The notes beneath the pieces are model-generated. The model had not been told where the DNA came from. It did no database searches and was given only the letters and a program-made list of their open reading frames with translations. This document shows positions 8,085 to 16,267 of a stretch of DNA of 24,450 bases, in pieces. A program made the position numbers and the translations under genes. Within the stretch, counting starts at the first letter, position 1; each line of letters opens with the position of its first letter. The DNA comes from a virus (Duplodnaviria; Caudoviricetes): positions 1 through 24,450 of IMG/VR virus record IMGVR_UViG_3300017784_003727. The stretch is one strand, 5' to 3'.

Positions 8085-8550
8085 TGATCCTATTTTAAAA
8101 AAATCTTGCGATGTTTTTTCATTTAGTAATCCCCCTATTGATCCTATTGAGTTTGCCAAAGACTTGGTTGAGACAATGTATGGTTATAATGGTATTGGTC
8201 TCTCTGCCAATCAAGTTGGAATACCTTATCGAGTATTTGCTATGCGTGGTCATCCTGAAAACTTCGTTTGTTTTAATCCAAAAATAGTTCAGCCCAGCAC
8301 AGCAGAAATTCTTCTTGAAGAAATATGCTTGACTTATCCAGGTCTTACAGTTAAAATAAAAAGACCACAACATATCCGTGTGCGTTTTACTATGGCTAAC
8401 GGAGAAACTGTGACAAAACAATTCACTGGTATTACTGCTAGAACATTTCAACATGAAATAGATCATTTAAATGGTGTACTATTCTACAATAGAGCTAATA
8501 GTTATCACAGAGAAAAAGCTTTTAAAAAACAAAAATTTGGTGAAATATGA
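8059..8550 (+). CDS. def: Peptide deformylase
   Basis: GIGLSANQVG (motif 1), EICLT (variant of EGCLS), QHEIDHLNG (HExxH). Confidence 0.92.
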   Translation: MKLNLVNHNDPILKKSCDVFSFSNPPIDPIEFAKDLVETMYGYNGIGLSANQVGIPYRVFAMRGHPENFVCFNPKIVQPSTAEILLEEICLTYPGLTVKIKRPQHIRVRFTMANGETVTKQFTGITARTFQHEIDHLNGVLFYNRANSYHREKAFKKQKFGEI

Positions 8551-9086
8551 ATATTTTTTATATTGATCATGATCCCGTTCAAGCAGCTATTTGGATGGTA
8601 GATAAACATGTTGTAAAAATGATTTTAGAATCAGCACAATTACTTTCAACTGCTCATCGTATTCATGATGGTATAGAAACTATGGGTAAAACTCCTACAG
8701 GTAGAAATGTAAAACGTTGGACATTACCAGATGCTAGAGAAACAGTTCTTTATTCAGCTACGCACAACAATCATCCTTCAGCTATCTGGTGTCGTAAATC
8801 TGTTGAGAATTATAATTGGTTAACAGATCATATGTTTGCTTTACTTGCAGAATATACATATCGTTATGATAAAGAGCATAAAGTTCAAGGTGAGTTAAGC
8901 TACATGTTACAATCTCCGCCAAATAATTTGCGAGAATATGATATAACACCAATGCCATCTGCAATGGCAAATGAATACAAAATATCAGATAATTCTCTTA
9001 TAAATTATCGTAATTATTACAAAAAAGGAAAAACACATTTGTTTAATTGGAAAAGACGTCAACCTCCAGAGTGGATTTATGAATAA
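8547..9086 (+). CDS. Pyrimidine-dimer DNA glycosylase (DenV)-related protein
   Basis: MNIF...DKHVVKMILESAQLLSTAH...TH.NHP..W...NY.WL....EY..RY...H pattern of the widespread DenV-like family. Confidence 0.7.
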   Translation: MNIFYIDHDPVQAAIWMVDKHVVKMILESAQLLSTAHRIHDGIETMGKTPTGRNVKRWTLPDARETVLYSATHNNHPSAIWCRKSVENYNWLTDHMFALLAEYTYRYDKEHKVQGELSYMLQSPPNNLREYDITPMPSAMANEYKISDNSLINYRNYYKKGKTHLFNWKRRQPPEWIYE

Positions 9087-9276
9087 AGTGCAAAAAAATA
9101 AAAAAATTATGGAACTTATGCGAATAATTGAAAACCAAATTATGATGTGTGATAATCATCAAGATTTAATTCTGATGGCTTCCGCAATGATTGTAACTGC
9201 CAAACAAATACTAACAACAAATGTTGGTAAAGAAGGCACAAAAAGAGTATTTGAAGAGGCAATTTATTATGACTGA
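9079..9276 (+). CDS. Hypothetical protein
   Basis: Overlaps both neighbours; helical composition. Confidence 0.7.
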   Translation: MNKVQKNKKIMELMRIIENQIMMCDNHQDLILMASAMIVTAKQILTTNVGKEGTKRVFEEAIYYD

Positions 9277-9652
9277 TATGTTTAATAGTGTAGTTGAGTT
9301 TCAAAAGGCGTTCGGACAACTTGTTTCTGATAAACCTGAGTTTCCTGATAGTAAAACTAGAATTCTTCGAATGAGACTTTTGTCTGAAGAATTTGTTGAA
9401 TATAACGCCGCCGAGCATGATAATAATCTTATTGAGGTTGCAGACGCTCTCGCTGATTTGATTTATATTGCATGCGGAACTGCAGCTTCTTATGGTATAC
9501 CTCTCAATGCTATTTTTGAAGAGGTGCATCGTTCAAATATGGCGAAACTAGTTGATGGTAAACCTCTTAAAAGAGAAGATGGTAAAATTATTAAACCAGA
9601 AGGTTGGAAACCTCCAGATATTGAAAAAATTATAAAAGAGACAAAAAAATAA
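9269..9652 (+). CDS. MazG-like all-alpha NTP pyrophosphohydrolase (DR2231-type, possible dUTPase)
   Basis: V.EF..AF, LLSEEFVEY, EVADALADLIY, EVHRSNMAK, DGKIIKP motifs; start set to ATG 9269 (GAGG upstream). Confidence 0.85.
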   Translation: MTDMFNSVVEFQKAFGQLVSDKPEFPDSKTRILRMRLLSEEFVEYNAAEHDNNLIEVADALADLIYIACGTAASYGIPLNAIFEEVHRSNMAKLVDGKPLKREDGKIIKPEGWKPPDIEKIIKETKK

Positions 9653-9660
9653 AAAAATAC

Positions 9661-9689
9661 TTTACTTATTCGTCAAATTGAGTTATTAT
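9661..9689 (+). promoter_or_regulatory. Sigma70-type promoter for the modification operon
   Basis: TTTACT-17 bp-TATTAT (overlapping TATAAT at 9687), intergenic; GGAGG RBS before 9732. Confidence 0.7.
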
Positions 9690-9731
9690 AATTGTATACA
9701 TATATTATGAAATTGTCTTTTGGAGGGCTAA

Positions 9732-11036
9732 ATGGTTGAAATAATTGTAAGAAAAAAAATAGATTCTGAAGAAACTCTTGGTACTTTTATTACTATGGAG
9801 CAATATAGTAATCGTTTAATTACTGAAGATTGCGATCTTTATGCAGAAACTGTTGATGGAGTTAATAGTGAAGAGAATATAATCTTCAAGTTTCGCAAAA
9901 ACGTTTTTACTAAAGAAGAAATGGATTTGGCATACGCCGGACTTCGTGAAGCAGCAACTGAATCACAAAATCGTGGTATGGCGGCAGGACCACGTGGTGA
10001 ACAGCTAGGGCAAGAAGGTAGAAGCAATCGTGATTGGGTAACTCCTGAACAAACTGAAATACTTTCTTTTATAGCTCGCCCTTTAAATACCTTTGAAGAT
10101 GGAACTACGATCGAATCAATTCGTGAAAGCCACAAGAAAGGTTCTAAGGAAGAAACTCGTGGTCAGGTTTGGCTTCGTTCAGCAGTAACTAAAAAATATC
10201 CTGAATATCATGGTTGGTTTGAACAGTGGCTTGTTGGTTTGCATAATCTTTCTCGTGAAAATCAAATTGCTGAAGCAAATTATGTAATTGAAAATTATAT
10301 CTCAGAAACAAACTATGCTCAGTCTGTAATGTCTGGTATTGCTGGTTATTTTGATCGTTATCCTCGTATTCCTCATGGTCGTACCTGTGCATACAACGAA
10401 AAAAATCCTGAAAAATTTAAGTTAGCTTTTCCTTATCTTAATAAATTGAACGAAATGTTTAGAGAACATTTGCCACTTCGTTGGGGTAATCAACGTCGTC
10501 AAGCGGATAAACTTGATCCAAGGTTTCTTGTTTCAGATACTGTATTTACTACACTTACTGTGAACCATAATTGGCGCACTGCTTGTCATCGCGATGCTGG
10601 TGATTTACATGAAGGATTCTCTAATATTTGTGGTATCACTGGTCCTGAAGGAAAGGGTTGGAAAGGCGCAGAATTTCTTCTTCCCGAATATCGTATTGCT
10701 ATTGATCTTCAACCTGGAGACATGTTGTTGGTAAATAATCATGGTGGTATTCATGCCAACGATGAATTAATTGGCGAAGACAATGATCGTTTGACATTAG
10801 TTTGTTATTTCCGTGAAAAAATGGTAGAACTAAAACTTTGGGATTACGAAATGCTTCGCAAACAATTTGTTGAAGAACGTCGTCAAAATAAAAATCATAA
10901 ATTTTATCGTCCTCTTTGGAATGGTGTTTCGCCTGGAATGTGGGATGAACAAGAATGGTTTGATTATATGGAGACTCATAATATAGAGGATCCTTACAAG
11001 AAAAAAGCATCAGCGAGCTTGGATGCATTTTTCTAA
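9732..11036 (+). CDS. TET/JBP-family 2-oxoglutarate/Fe(II) dioxygenase
   Basis: FTTLTVNHNWRTACHRDAGD (HxD), IDLQPGDMLL...GIHAN (distal His), RLTLVCYFRE (2OG-binding Arg). Confidence 0.85.
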   Translation: MVEIIVRKKIDSEETLGTFITMEQYSNRLITEDCDLYAETVDGVNSEENIIFKFRKNVFTKEEMDLAYAGLREAATESQNRGMAAGPRGEQLGQEGRSNRDWVTPEQTEILSFIARPLNTFEDGTTIESIRESHKKGSKEETRGQVWLRSAVTKKYPEYHGWFEQWLVGLHNLSRENQIAEANYVIENYISETNYAQSVMSGIAGYFDRYPRIPHGRTCAYNEKNPEKFKLAFPYLNKLNEMFREHLPLRWGNQRRQADKLDPRFLVSDTVFTTLTVNHNWRTACHRDAGDLHEGFSNICGITGPEGKGWKGAEFLLPEYRIAIDLQPGDMLLVNNHGGIHANDELIGEDNDRLTLVCYFREKMVELKLWDYEMLRKQFVEERRQNKNHKFYRPLWNGVSPGMWDEQEWFDYMETHNIEDPYKKKASASLDAFF

Positions 11037-11737
11037 TGTGCGGAGTGCTTGGCATCACAATTGCCGACTTTAACGAAAAAGATTACGAATTAGTTCGTAA
11101 TCTCTTTATTCAGTCCATGATTCGTGGTAAACATGCGACTGGTGTATCTTATGTTAAAAATGGAAAAGTCCACACAATTAAAGATCCTATTCCAGCCGAT
11201 AAATTTATCAGTAAACAAATTTTAGAAACTTGGAAAAACGAAGATGGTAATCTTTATTGTATTGGTCATGTTCGTTATAGCACTTCTGACTTACGTTTCA
11301 ATCAACCTTTTTCAACTGATGAGTTGGGCATTGTGCATAATGGAGTTATATCCCAAGAACCTCCTAGCACGTGGCTACAGTTATTTGGTTATGAAACAGA
11401 AACAGCCAACGATTCAGAACTAATTTTAAAAGCCTACGAAAATAACGATAATCCATTGGAGATATTTAATCTTGCTAGTATGGCAGTTTGTGTTTTGCAT
11501 GCTGATAAAAGATTGTCAGCTTTTCGTAATCATGAAAGACCGCTATATTATTATTCTGACGAAAGAACTACAATTTTTGCATCAACTAAAGACATTCTTG
11601 CTCGATCAGGGTTTCTTACAAAAACAAAAACTAGAATGTTTGAAATTTATAATGTAAATAATTTTAAGCTCAGTCATTTTGAAGTGGCTGATGATAAGTG
11701 GCTTAAAGAAACATTCAATATTGAGGATTTACAATGA
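11036..11737 (+). CDS. Class II (Ntn) glutamine amidotransferase
   Basis: N-terminal MCG nucleophile, RG.HATG, GHVRYST, HNG.I, NDSE motifs. Confidence 0.92.
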   Translation: MCGVLGITIADFNEKDYELVRNLFIQSMIRGKHATGVSYVKNGKVHTIKDPIPADKFISKQILETWKNEDGNLYCIGHVRYSTSDLRFNQPFSTDELGIVHNGVISQEPPSTWLQLFGYETETANDSELILKAYENNDNPLEIFNLASMAVCVLHADKRLSAFRNHERPLYYYSDERTTIFASTKDILARSGFLTKTKTRMFEIYNVNNFKLSHFEVADDKWLKETFNIEDLQ

Positions 11738-12657
11738 AGTATTATGACCCAAAAACTTTTACCTATGGTTTCGAAATAGAATGGGGCGACATTGATCGCA
11801 AAATGCAAATTCCTGAAGAACTTGGTTCTTGGGAATATTGCGAAACAGATATTATTAATGAGAGGGAACCTTATCGTGGTCTTGGCTCAGACCCGAAAGG
11901 AATTAATCCACCAGTTGGTGGTGAAATTAATATGAAGCCGACAAAGACTTGGCAGCATCAAGTTGATAACATCATGAAGGTCAAGGAACTATTTGATGCG
12001 CATGGGACTTCTCCCACTGCTGGTTGTGTTAACCATGGTCATTTACATATTCATGTTCCAGGATTAATTGAAGATATTGATGCATTGAAGAGACTTATGC
12101 GTTACATAAAAGAAAATCAACATATTGTTATGGATCGTATTTTTCAATTTAGAATTTATCCTAATATGGAACAAACTAAAACTGCTAAAACATATTTGAA
12201 ACATGATGGTGGGCGAATTGCACCTGATTGGTTGCTTGAGAACCTTGCGACTGTTCCTATTGATTTTGAAGATTGGCTTCGTGTACACTGTTGTGGTAAA
12301 AACGCCAAGACGCTCTCTCGCCCTTTCAGATATGGTATACACACATATGCATTGAAGAACTCAAAAACTGTTGAGTTTCGTTGTTTTCGTAGTTCTATTG
12401 ATCGTCGTGAAATTGAAGACAGCTTTAAGTTTGCTACTGCATTTATGGATGCTGCTCTTAATAATGGTCCAGATGTTCAAGAAATTTTGTTGGCGAATGA
12501 TTACAAATTTCCACCATTTACATACGATCATGAAATGTATATGGGTTGGGAAAAAACCAAACACCAAAGAACTGATCGTAATTTAGATAATGAAACAGCA
12601 CAAAAACTTGGTTTGACCGTTCTTGGAAAACAAAGAAAATTTCTAGAAGCAATATGA
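11734..12657 (+). CDS. Amidoligase (glutamine synthetase-like COOH-NH2 ligase)
   Basis: TYGFEIE, GGEIN, HGHLHIH, TVEFR motifs; coupled to a GATase. Confidence 0.8.
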   Translation: MKYYDPKTFTYGFEIEWGDIDRKMQIPEELGSWEYCETDIINEREPYRGLGSDPKGINPPVGGEINMKPTKTWQHQVDNIMKVKELFDAHGTSPTAGCVNHGHLHIHVPGLIEDIDALKRLMRYIKENQHIVMDRIFQFRIYPNMEQTKTAKTYLKHDGGRIAPDWLLENLATVPIDFEDWLRVHCCGKNAKTLSRPFRYGIHTYALKNSKTVEFRCFRSSIDRREIEDSFKFATAFMDAALNNGPDVQEILLANDYKFPPFTYDHEMYMGWEKTKHQRTDRNLDNETAQKLGLTVLGKQRKFLEAI

Positions 12658-13280
12658 TATATAAAACACTTGACAAAAATGATTATTTAAGGTATAATAA
12701 TACTTTAAAAGATAAAGATTTTAAATTTTCTAAAGTTGCTGTAGGAATGTGGGACTTTATGAAAGCTTGGGATGAATGGCCTCCAAGAGTTCTTGAAGAA
12801 AATGGACAAATTATTTCCGTTTGTTTTATGAAAATATCTAATCAAGTTAAATCTAAAGTTCTTTTTATATCAAACATCTTTACACCTGAAAATGGTAGAG
12901 GTAAAGGTACTGCTAAAGAAATGTTGAATAGGAATATCTTAGAAGCAGTTTGTTTTGGTGCAACCAGCATAAGATTAGATTGTAATAAATCTGCTCTTGG
13001 ATTTTATGATAAAATAGGAATGACTTATTGGGGAGCTACTATAAGTCATTCTATGTTTTGTGATTTGCCCATTAATAATAAAGGAGTTGATGGATTTTTA
13101 GATTATAAGAATTTATCATCATTAGAAATATTAAATTCTTATCCGCAAGAATTAAGAGCTGCTAAAATTAAATGGATAGCTAAAAAAGTAAAAAAACATA
13201 AAGAATTTGATTTCGGCCACCCTTCAAGATATAATGAATTTGTAAATGATTTTTTCAATGGAAATCAAATTGCATCGTAA
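12654..13280 (+). CDS. GNAT-family acyltransferase
   Basis: IFTPENGRGKGTA (acetyl-CoA motif A), N..ALGFYDKIG (motif B). Confidence 0.85.
   Translation: MIYKTLDKNDYLRYNNTLKDKDFKFSKVAVGMWDFMKAWDEWPPRVLEENGQIISVCFMKISNQVKSKVLFISNIFTPENGRGKGTAKEMLNRNILEAVCFGATSIRLDCNKSALGFYDKIGMTYWGATISHSMFCDLPINNKGVDGFLDYKNLSSLEILNSYPQELRAAKIKWIAKKVKKHKEFDFGHPSRYNEFVNDFFNGNQIAS
12670..12698 (+). promoter_or_regulatory. Perfect sigma70 consensus promoter inside the GNAT gene
   Basis: TTGACA-17 bp-TATAAT. Confidence 0.75.
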
Positions 13281-14250
13281 AACAGATTTTATTAATTGGT
13301 ATAAGTGGTCGTTGTCGATTAAAGATTGCGATCCAGCTATTTACATGACTAACTATTTGTTCGATAGATTTGAACATAATAAGGAGCAAAAATTATGGAT
13401 TTCTTGGATTTATGGCACAACATACTATTTACCAACAACATGGGTAATATGGAATGAATTCCCCGACATGGAACTTGTTGGAGTCAAAAGACTCCGAGAG
13501 TGGAACAATAACAATTACAAACGGCTCCGTTATCAAACTGACACCAAGTGGAACAAAGGTCATCTTCCAGCCCAGTTCGAAAGTTACAAGCAGTGGGTTG
13601 GAGATAAGACTCAGGAAGAAAAGTTCTACAGTGGATTCGTCAACGGAAATCCCAAGCACAATTTCAGAAATCTCTACGAAGAAGTAAAGACTAATTTTCA
13701 TAAGTTCGGTCGTTACTCAACTTGGTTTTATTTACAAACACTAAAGCAGTGTTGCAACCTACCAATAGAACCTGATAGTCTTATGCTTGAAGATTATGAC
13801 GGTAGTCGTTCACATCGTAATGGTTTGTGTATGGCTCTTGGACTTGATGACTGGTATAATAAGAAACTCGATATTGAACAGTTAGCTTATCTTGACGTTC
13901 AGTCTTATTTGATTCTTGAAGAAGTTCGAAAAGAGTTTTCGAATACAGATTATTTCGATATGGAAACTTGTCTTTGTTCTTTCAAGAAATTATTCAGAGT
14001 AAAGCATGGCCGTTATCTTGGTTACTATCTTGATCGTCAAGCTGAAGAAATCACTAAATGTGAAAGTGATGGTTGGATTGGTATTGATTGGCAACCAATG
14101 TGGGATGCTCGAACAGAAACTATAAATAATAAACTGTTGACTGATAAAATAAATAATAGTAAAATGGCATTATATACACAAAATGGTATTCTTGATGCTA
14201 CAAAACTATTCGAACAAAAAAAAGTCGGTTTAGAATCTTTTATGGAGTAA
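13246..14250 (+). CDS. Amino acid:DNA transferase / alpha-glutamyl-putrescinyl thymine pyrophosphorylase family
   Basis: DCDP, YG.TY, FGRYS.WFYL, GSRSHRNGL, ETCLCSFKK, RY.GYY.DR motifs; start may be ATG 13258. Confidence 0.8.
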   Translation: MIFSMEIKLHRKTDFINWYKWSLSIKDCDPAIYMTNYLFDRFEHNKEQKLWISWIYGTTYYLPTTWVIWNEFPDMELVGVKRLREWNNNNYKRLRYQTDTKWNKGHLPAQFESYKQWVGDKTQEEKFYSGFVNGNPKHNFRNLYEEVKTNFHKFGRYSTWFYLQTLKQCCNLPIEPDSLMLEDYDGSRSHRNGLCMALGLDDWYNKKLDIEQLAYLDVQSYLILEEVRKEFSNTDYFDMETCLCSFKKLFRVKHGRYLGYYLDRQAEEITKCESDGWIGIDWQPMWDARTETINNKLLTDKINNSKMALYTQNGILDATKLFEQKKVGLESFME

Positions 14251-14252
14251 AA

Positions 14253-14435
14253 ATGTTAATTTCACAAAAAGAATACTTAGAAAGATTAAAGGTTTTTGTA
14301 GAAACAAATTTAACAAAAGAAAATAAATTTCCAATTGGTATGTTTAATATTTCTAGACATTGGAATAAAAATAAAAAACAATTTGATGAATTATTAAAAG
14401 AACAAGGAATTAATGTCGAGAAAATAAAAGAATAA
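14253..14435 (+). CDS. Hypothetical protein
   Basis: GGAG RBS within the upstream gene end; fills gap in operon. Confidence 0.65.
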   Translation: MLISQKEYLERLKVFVETNLTKENKFPIGMFNISRHWNKNKKQFDELLKEQGINVEKIKE

Positions 14436-14445
14436 GGAATCAATA

Positions 14446-14982
14446 ATGAAAATATTTGCTATTGGTGGTGAGCCTGGATCTGGCAAAACTACCTTGATGA
14501 GACAAATGATCAATCATCTATCAGTTGAACCAAAATATAATTCTTACAAATTAGTTCCATATCTTCAAAAAGACAACATCTATATTTTAGGAAAATATGA
14601 AGATGGTGAACTATTTTCTGGTACAGATCGTATGAGTATGGCTGTCCAACCAGAAGCTATTAAATTTCTTGCCACTTTACCATCTGATTCAATAGTTTTT
14701 TTCGAAGGTGATCGTTTATTTACAGCTTCATTTTTAGAACATTGTTTAGAAAATTATGATTTAAAAATTATCTATTTGTCAACTAAAAAAGAAATTCGTC
14801 AAAACAGATATAAAGATCGTGGCAGTAATCAAAATAAAACTTGGTTACAAGGTCGTGAAACTAAAATTAATAATATATTAACAAACATGACTCTCATGTT
14901 TTGTACGTACAAATTTGAAAATAATACTTTTGAAGATCAAAAATTAATTTTTGATTTAATTTATGCTATGATTAAGGAATAA
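14446..14982 (+). CDS. P-loop nucleotide/DNA kinase (candidate 5-hydroxymethylpyrimidine kinase)
   Basis: GGEPGSGKTT Walker A, LGKY....SGTD, FEGDRL, R...RGSNQ; adjacent to aG/PT-PPlase. Confidence 0.8.
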   Translation: MKIFAIGGEPGSGKTTLMRQMINHLSVEPKYNSYKLVPYLQKDNIYILGKYEDGELFSGTDRMSMAVQPEAIKFLATLPSDSIVFFEGDRLFTASFLEHCLENYDLKIIYLSTKKEIRQNRYKDRGSNQNKTWLQGRETKINNILTNMTLMFCTYKFENNTFEDQKLIFDLIYAMIKE

Positions 14983-14987
14983 TTTAT

Positions 14988-15368
14988 ATGGTATGTAATT
15001 GTACAAAAATGTCTGAAACAAAATCAAATTTTAATTTTTCGGATAAATCTAAAAATATTTCATATAAATATGATGAAAATCTTATAATCTCAGATTTAAA
15101 AAACTATATAGATAACACATATAATGAACATTATATGACTGAATTTAAATCTATTGAGTGTTTTGATGCTTGGATTGCTCTTGGTGAATCTACACCAACT
15201 TTTAGAAATACTGCTATTAAGTATCTTTGGCGTTACGGTAAGAAAAACAATAACGATAAAAAAGACTTGATGAAATCACTACATTATATTATGATGTGTT
15301 TATACGTTGACCACTATAAAAATAATAAATTATGTCCAAAAACAAAAGGAATAGATAATGGAAATTAA
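14988..15368 (+). CDS. DUF3310-like protein (T7 gp1.7-related, possible nucleotide kinase)
   Basis: HY....IECFD...F...AIKYLWRYGKK...DL.K..HY pattern. Confidence 0.75.
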   Translation: MVCNCTKMSETKSNFNFSDKSKNISYKYDENLIISDLKNYIDNTYNEHYMTEFKSIECFDAWIALGESTPTFRNTAIKYLWRYGKKNNNDKKDLMKSLHYIMMCLYVDHYKNNKLCPKTKGIDNGN

Positions 15369-16209
15369 GATTGATCTTGAGATATTGAGAAAACGTAAGC
15401 TTTTTGTAGCCACACCAATGTATGGTGGTCAGTGTGCTGGTATGTTTACTCGTTCTATAGCTGATTTGTCTGCTATTTGTGCACAAAATGGCATCCCACT
15501 TCAGATGTATTTTCTTTTCAATGAATCTTTAATTACTCGTGCTCGAAATTATTGCGTTGATGAATTTATGAGATCAGATTCAGAACATTTAATGTTTATT
15601 GATGCTGACATTGGATTTAATCCACATGATGTTATCGCAATGATGTCGATGCAGGCTAATGAAGAAGAAAAATACAATATTATTGGTGGTCCTTATCCAA
15701 AGAAATGTATTTCTTGGGAAAAAATTAAAATGGCTGTCGATAAAGGCATTGCTGATGAAGATCCTAATGTTCTTGAAAAATTTGTTGGAGATTATGTATT
15801 TAATCCAAAAACGAATCAGGGTAGCATTCAAATTTCAGAACCTTGTGAAGTTCTTGAAATTGGAACAGGTTTCATGATGGTTTCTAAGTCAGCGATGAAG
15901 AAATTTATTGATTCTTATCCACAACATATGTATCGTCCTGATCATATTCGCACTGATGCTTTCGATGGTTCTAGAGAAATTGCAATGGCTTTTCAGGCTG
16001 AAATTGATCCAAAATCCAAGCGTTATTTGTCTGAAGATTATTGGTTCTGCCAAAAAGCTCAAGAAATTAATCTCAAAACTTGGTTTTGTCCATGGATGAA
16101 GATGCAGCATGTTGGAACTTACATTTTCGGTGGATCACTTGCTGATCTTGCCTCCATTGGTGCAAGTGCGACAGCTGACCCAAGCAAGCTCAAGAAAAAG
16201 AAAGCTTGA
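15358..16209 (+). CDS. GT-A fold glycosyltransferase-like protein
   Basis: VATPMYGG, SLITRARN, LMFIDADIGF (DxD), GTGFM, SEDYWFC, HVG motifs. Confidence 0.78.
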   Translation: MEIKIDLEILRKRKLFVATPMYGGQCAGMFTRSIADLSAICAQNGIPLQMYFLFNESLITRARNYCVDEFMRSDSEHLMFIDADIGFNPHDVIAMMSMQANEEEKYNIIGGPYPKKCISWEKIKMAVDKGIADEDPNVLEKFVGDYVFNPKTNQGSIQISEPCEVLEIGTGFMMVSKSAMKKFIDSYPQHMYRPDHIRTDAFDGSREIAMAFQAEIDPKSKRYLSEDYWFCQKAQEINLKTWFCPWMKMQHVGTYIFGGSLADLASIGASATADPSKLKKKKA

Positions 16210-16234
16210 TATATTCTACAAATTATAGTATAAT
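16206..16234 (+). promoter_or_regulatory. Sigma70-type promoter for gp45
   Basis: TTGATA-17 bp-TATAAT. Confidence 0.82.
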
Positions 16235-16267
16235 TTTGTTATGTAATTTAAATATGGAGACTACATT

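Noticed and set aside
15659-16099. +1-frame ORFs in the glycosyltransferase, and those at 11472 and 12371
   Set aside because: No convincing SD and no sharp codon-usage patch matching their limits
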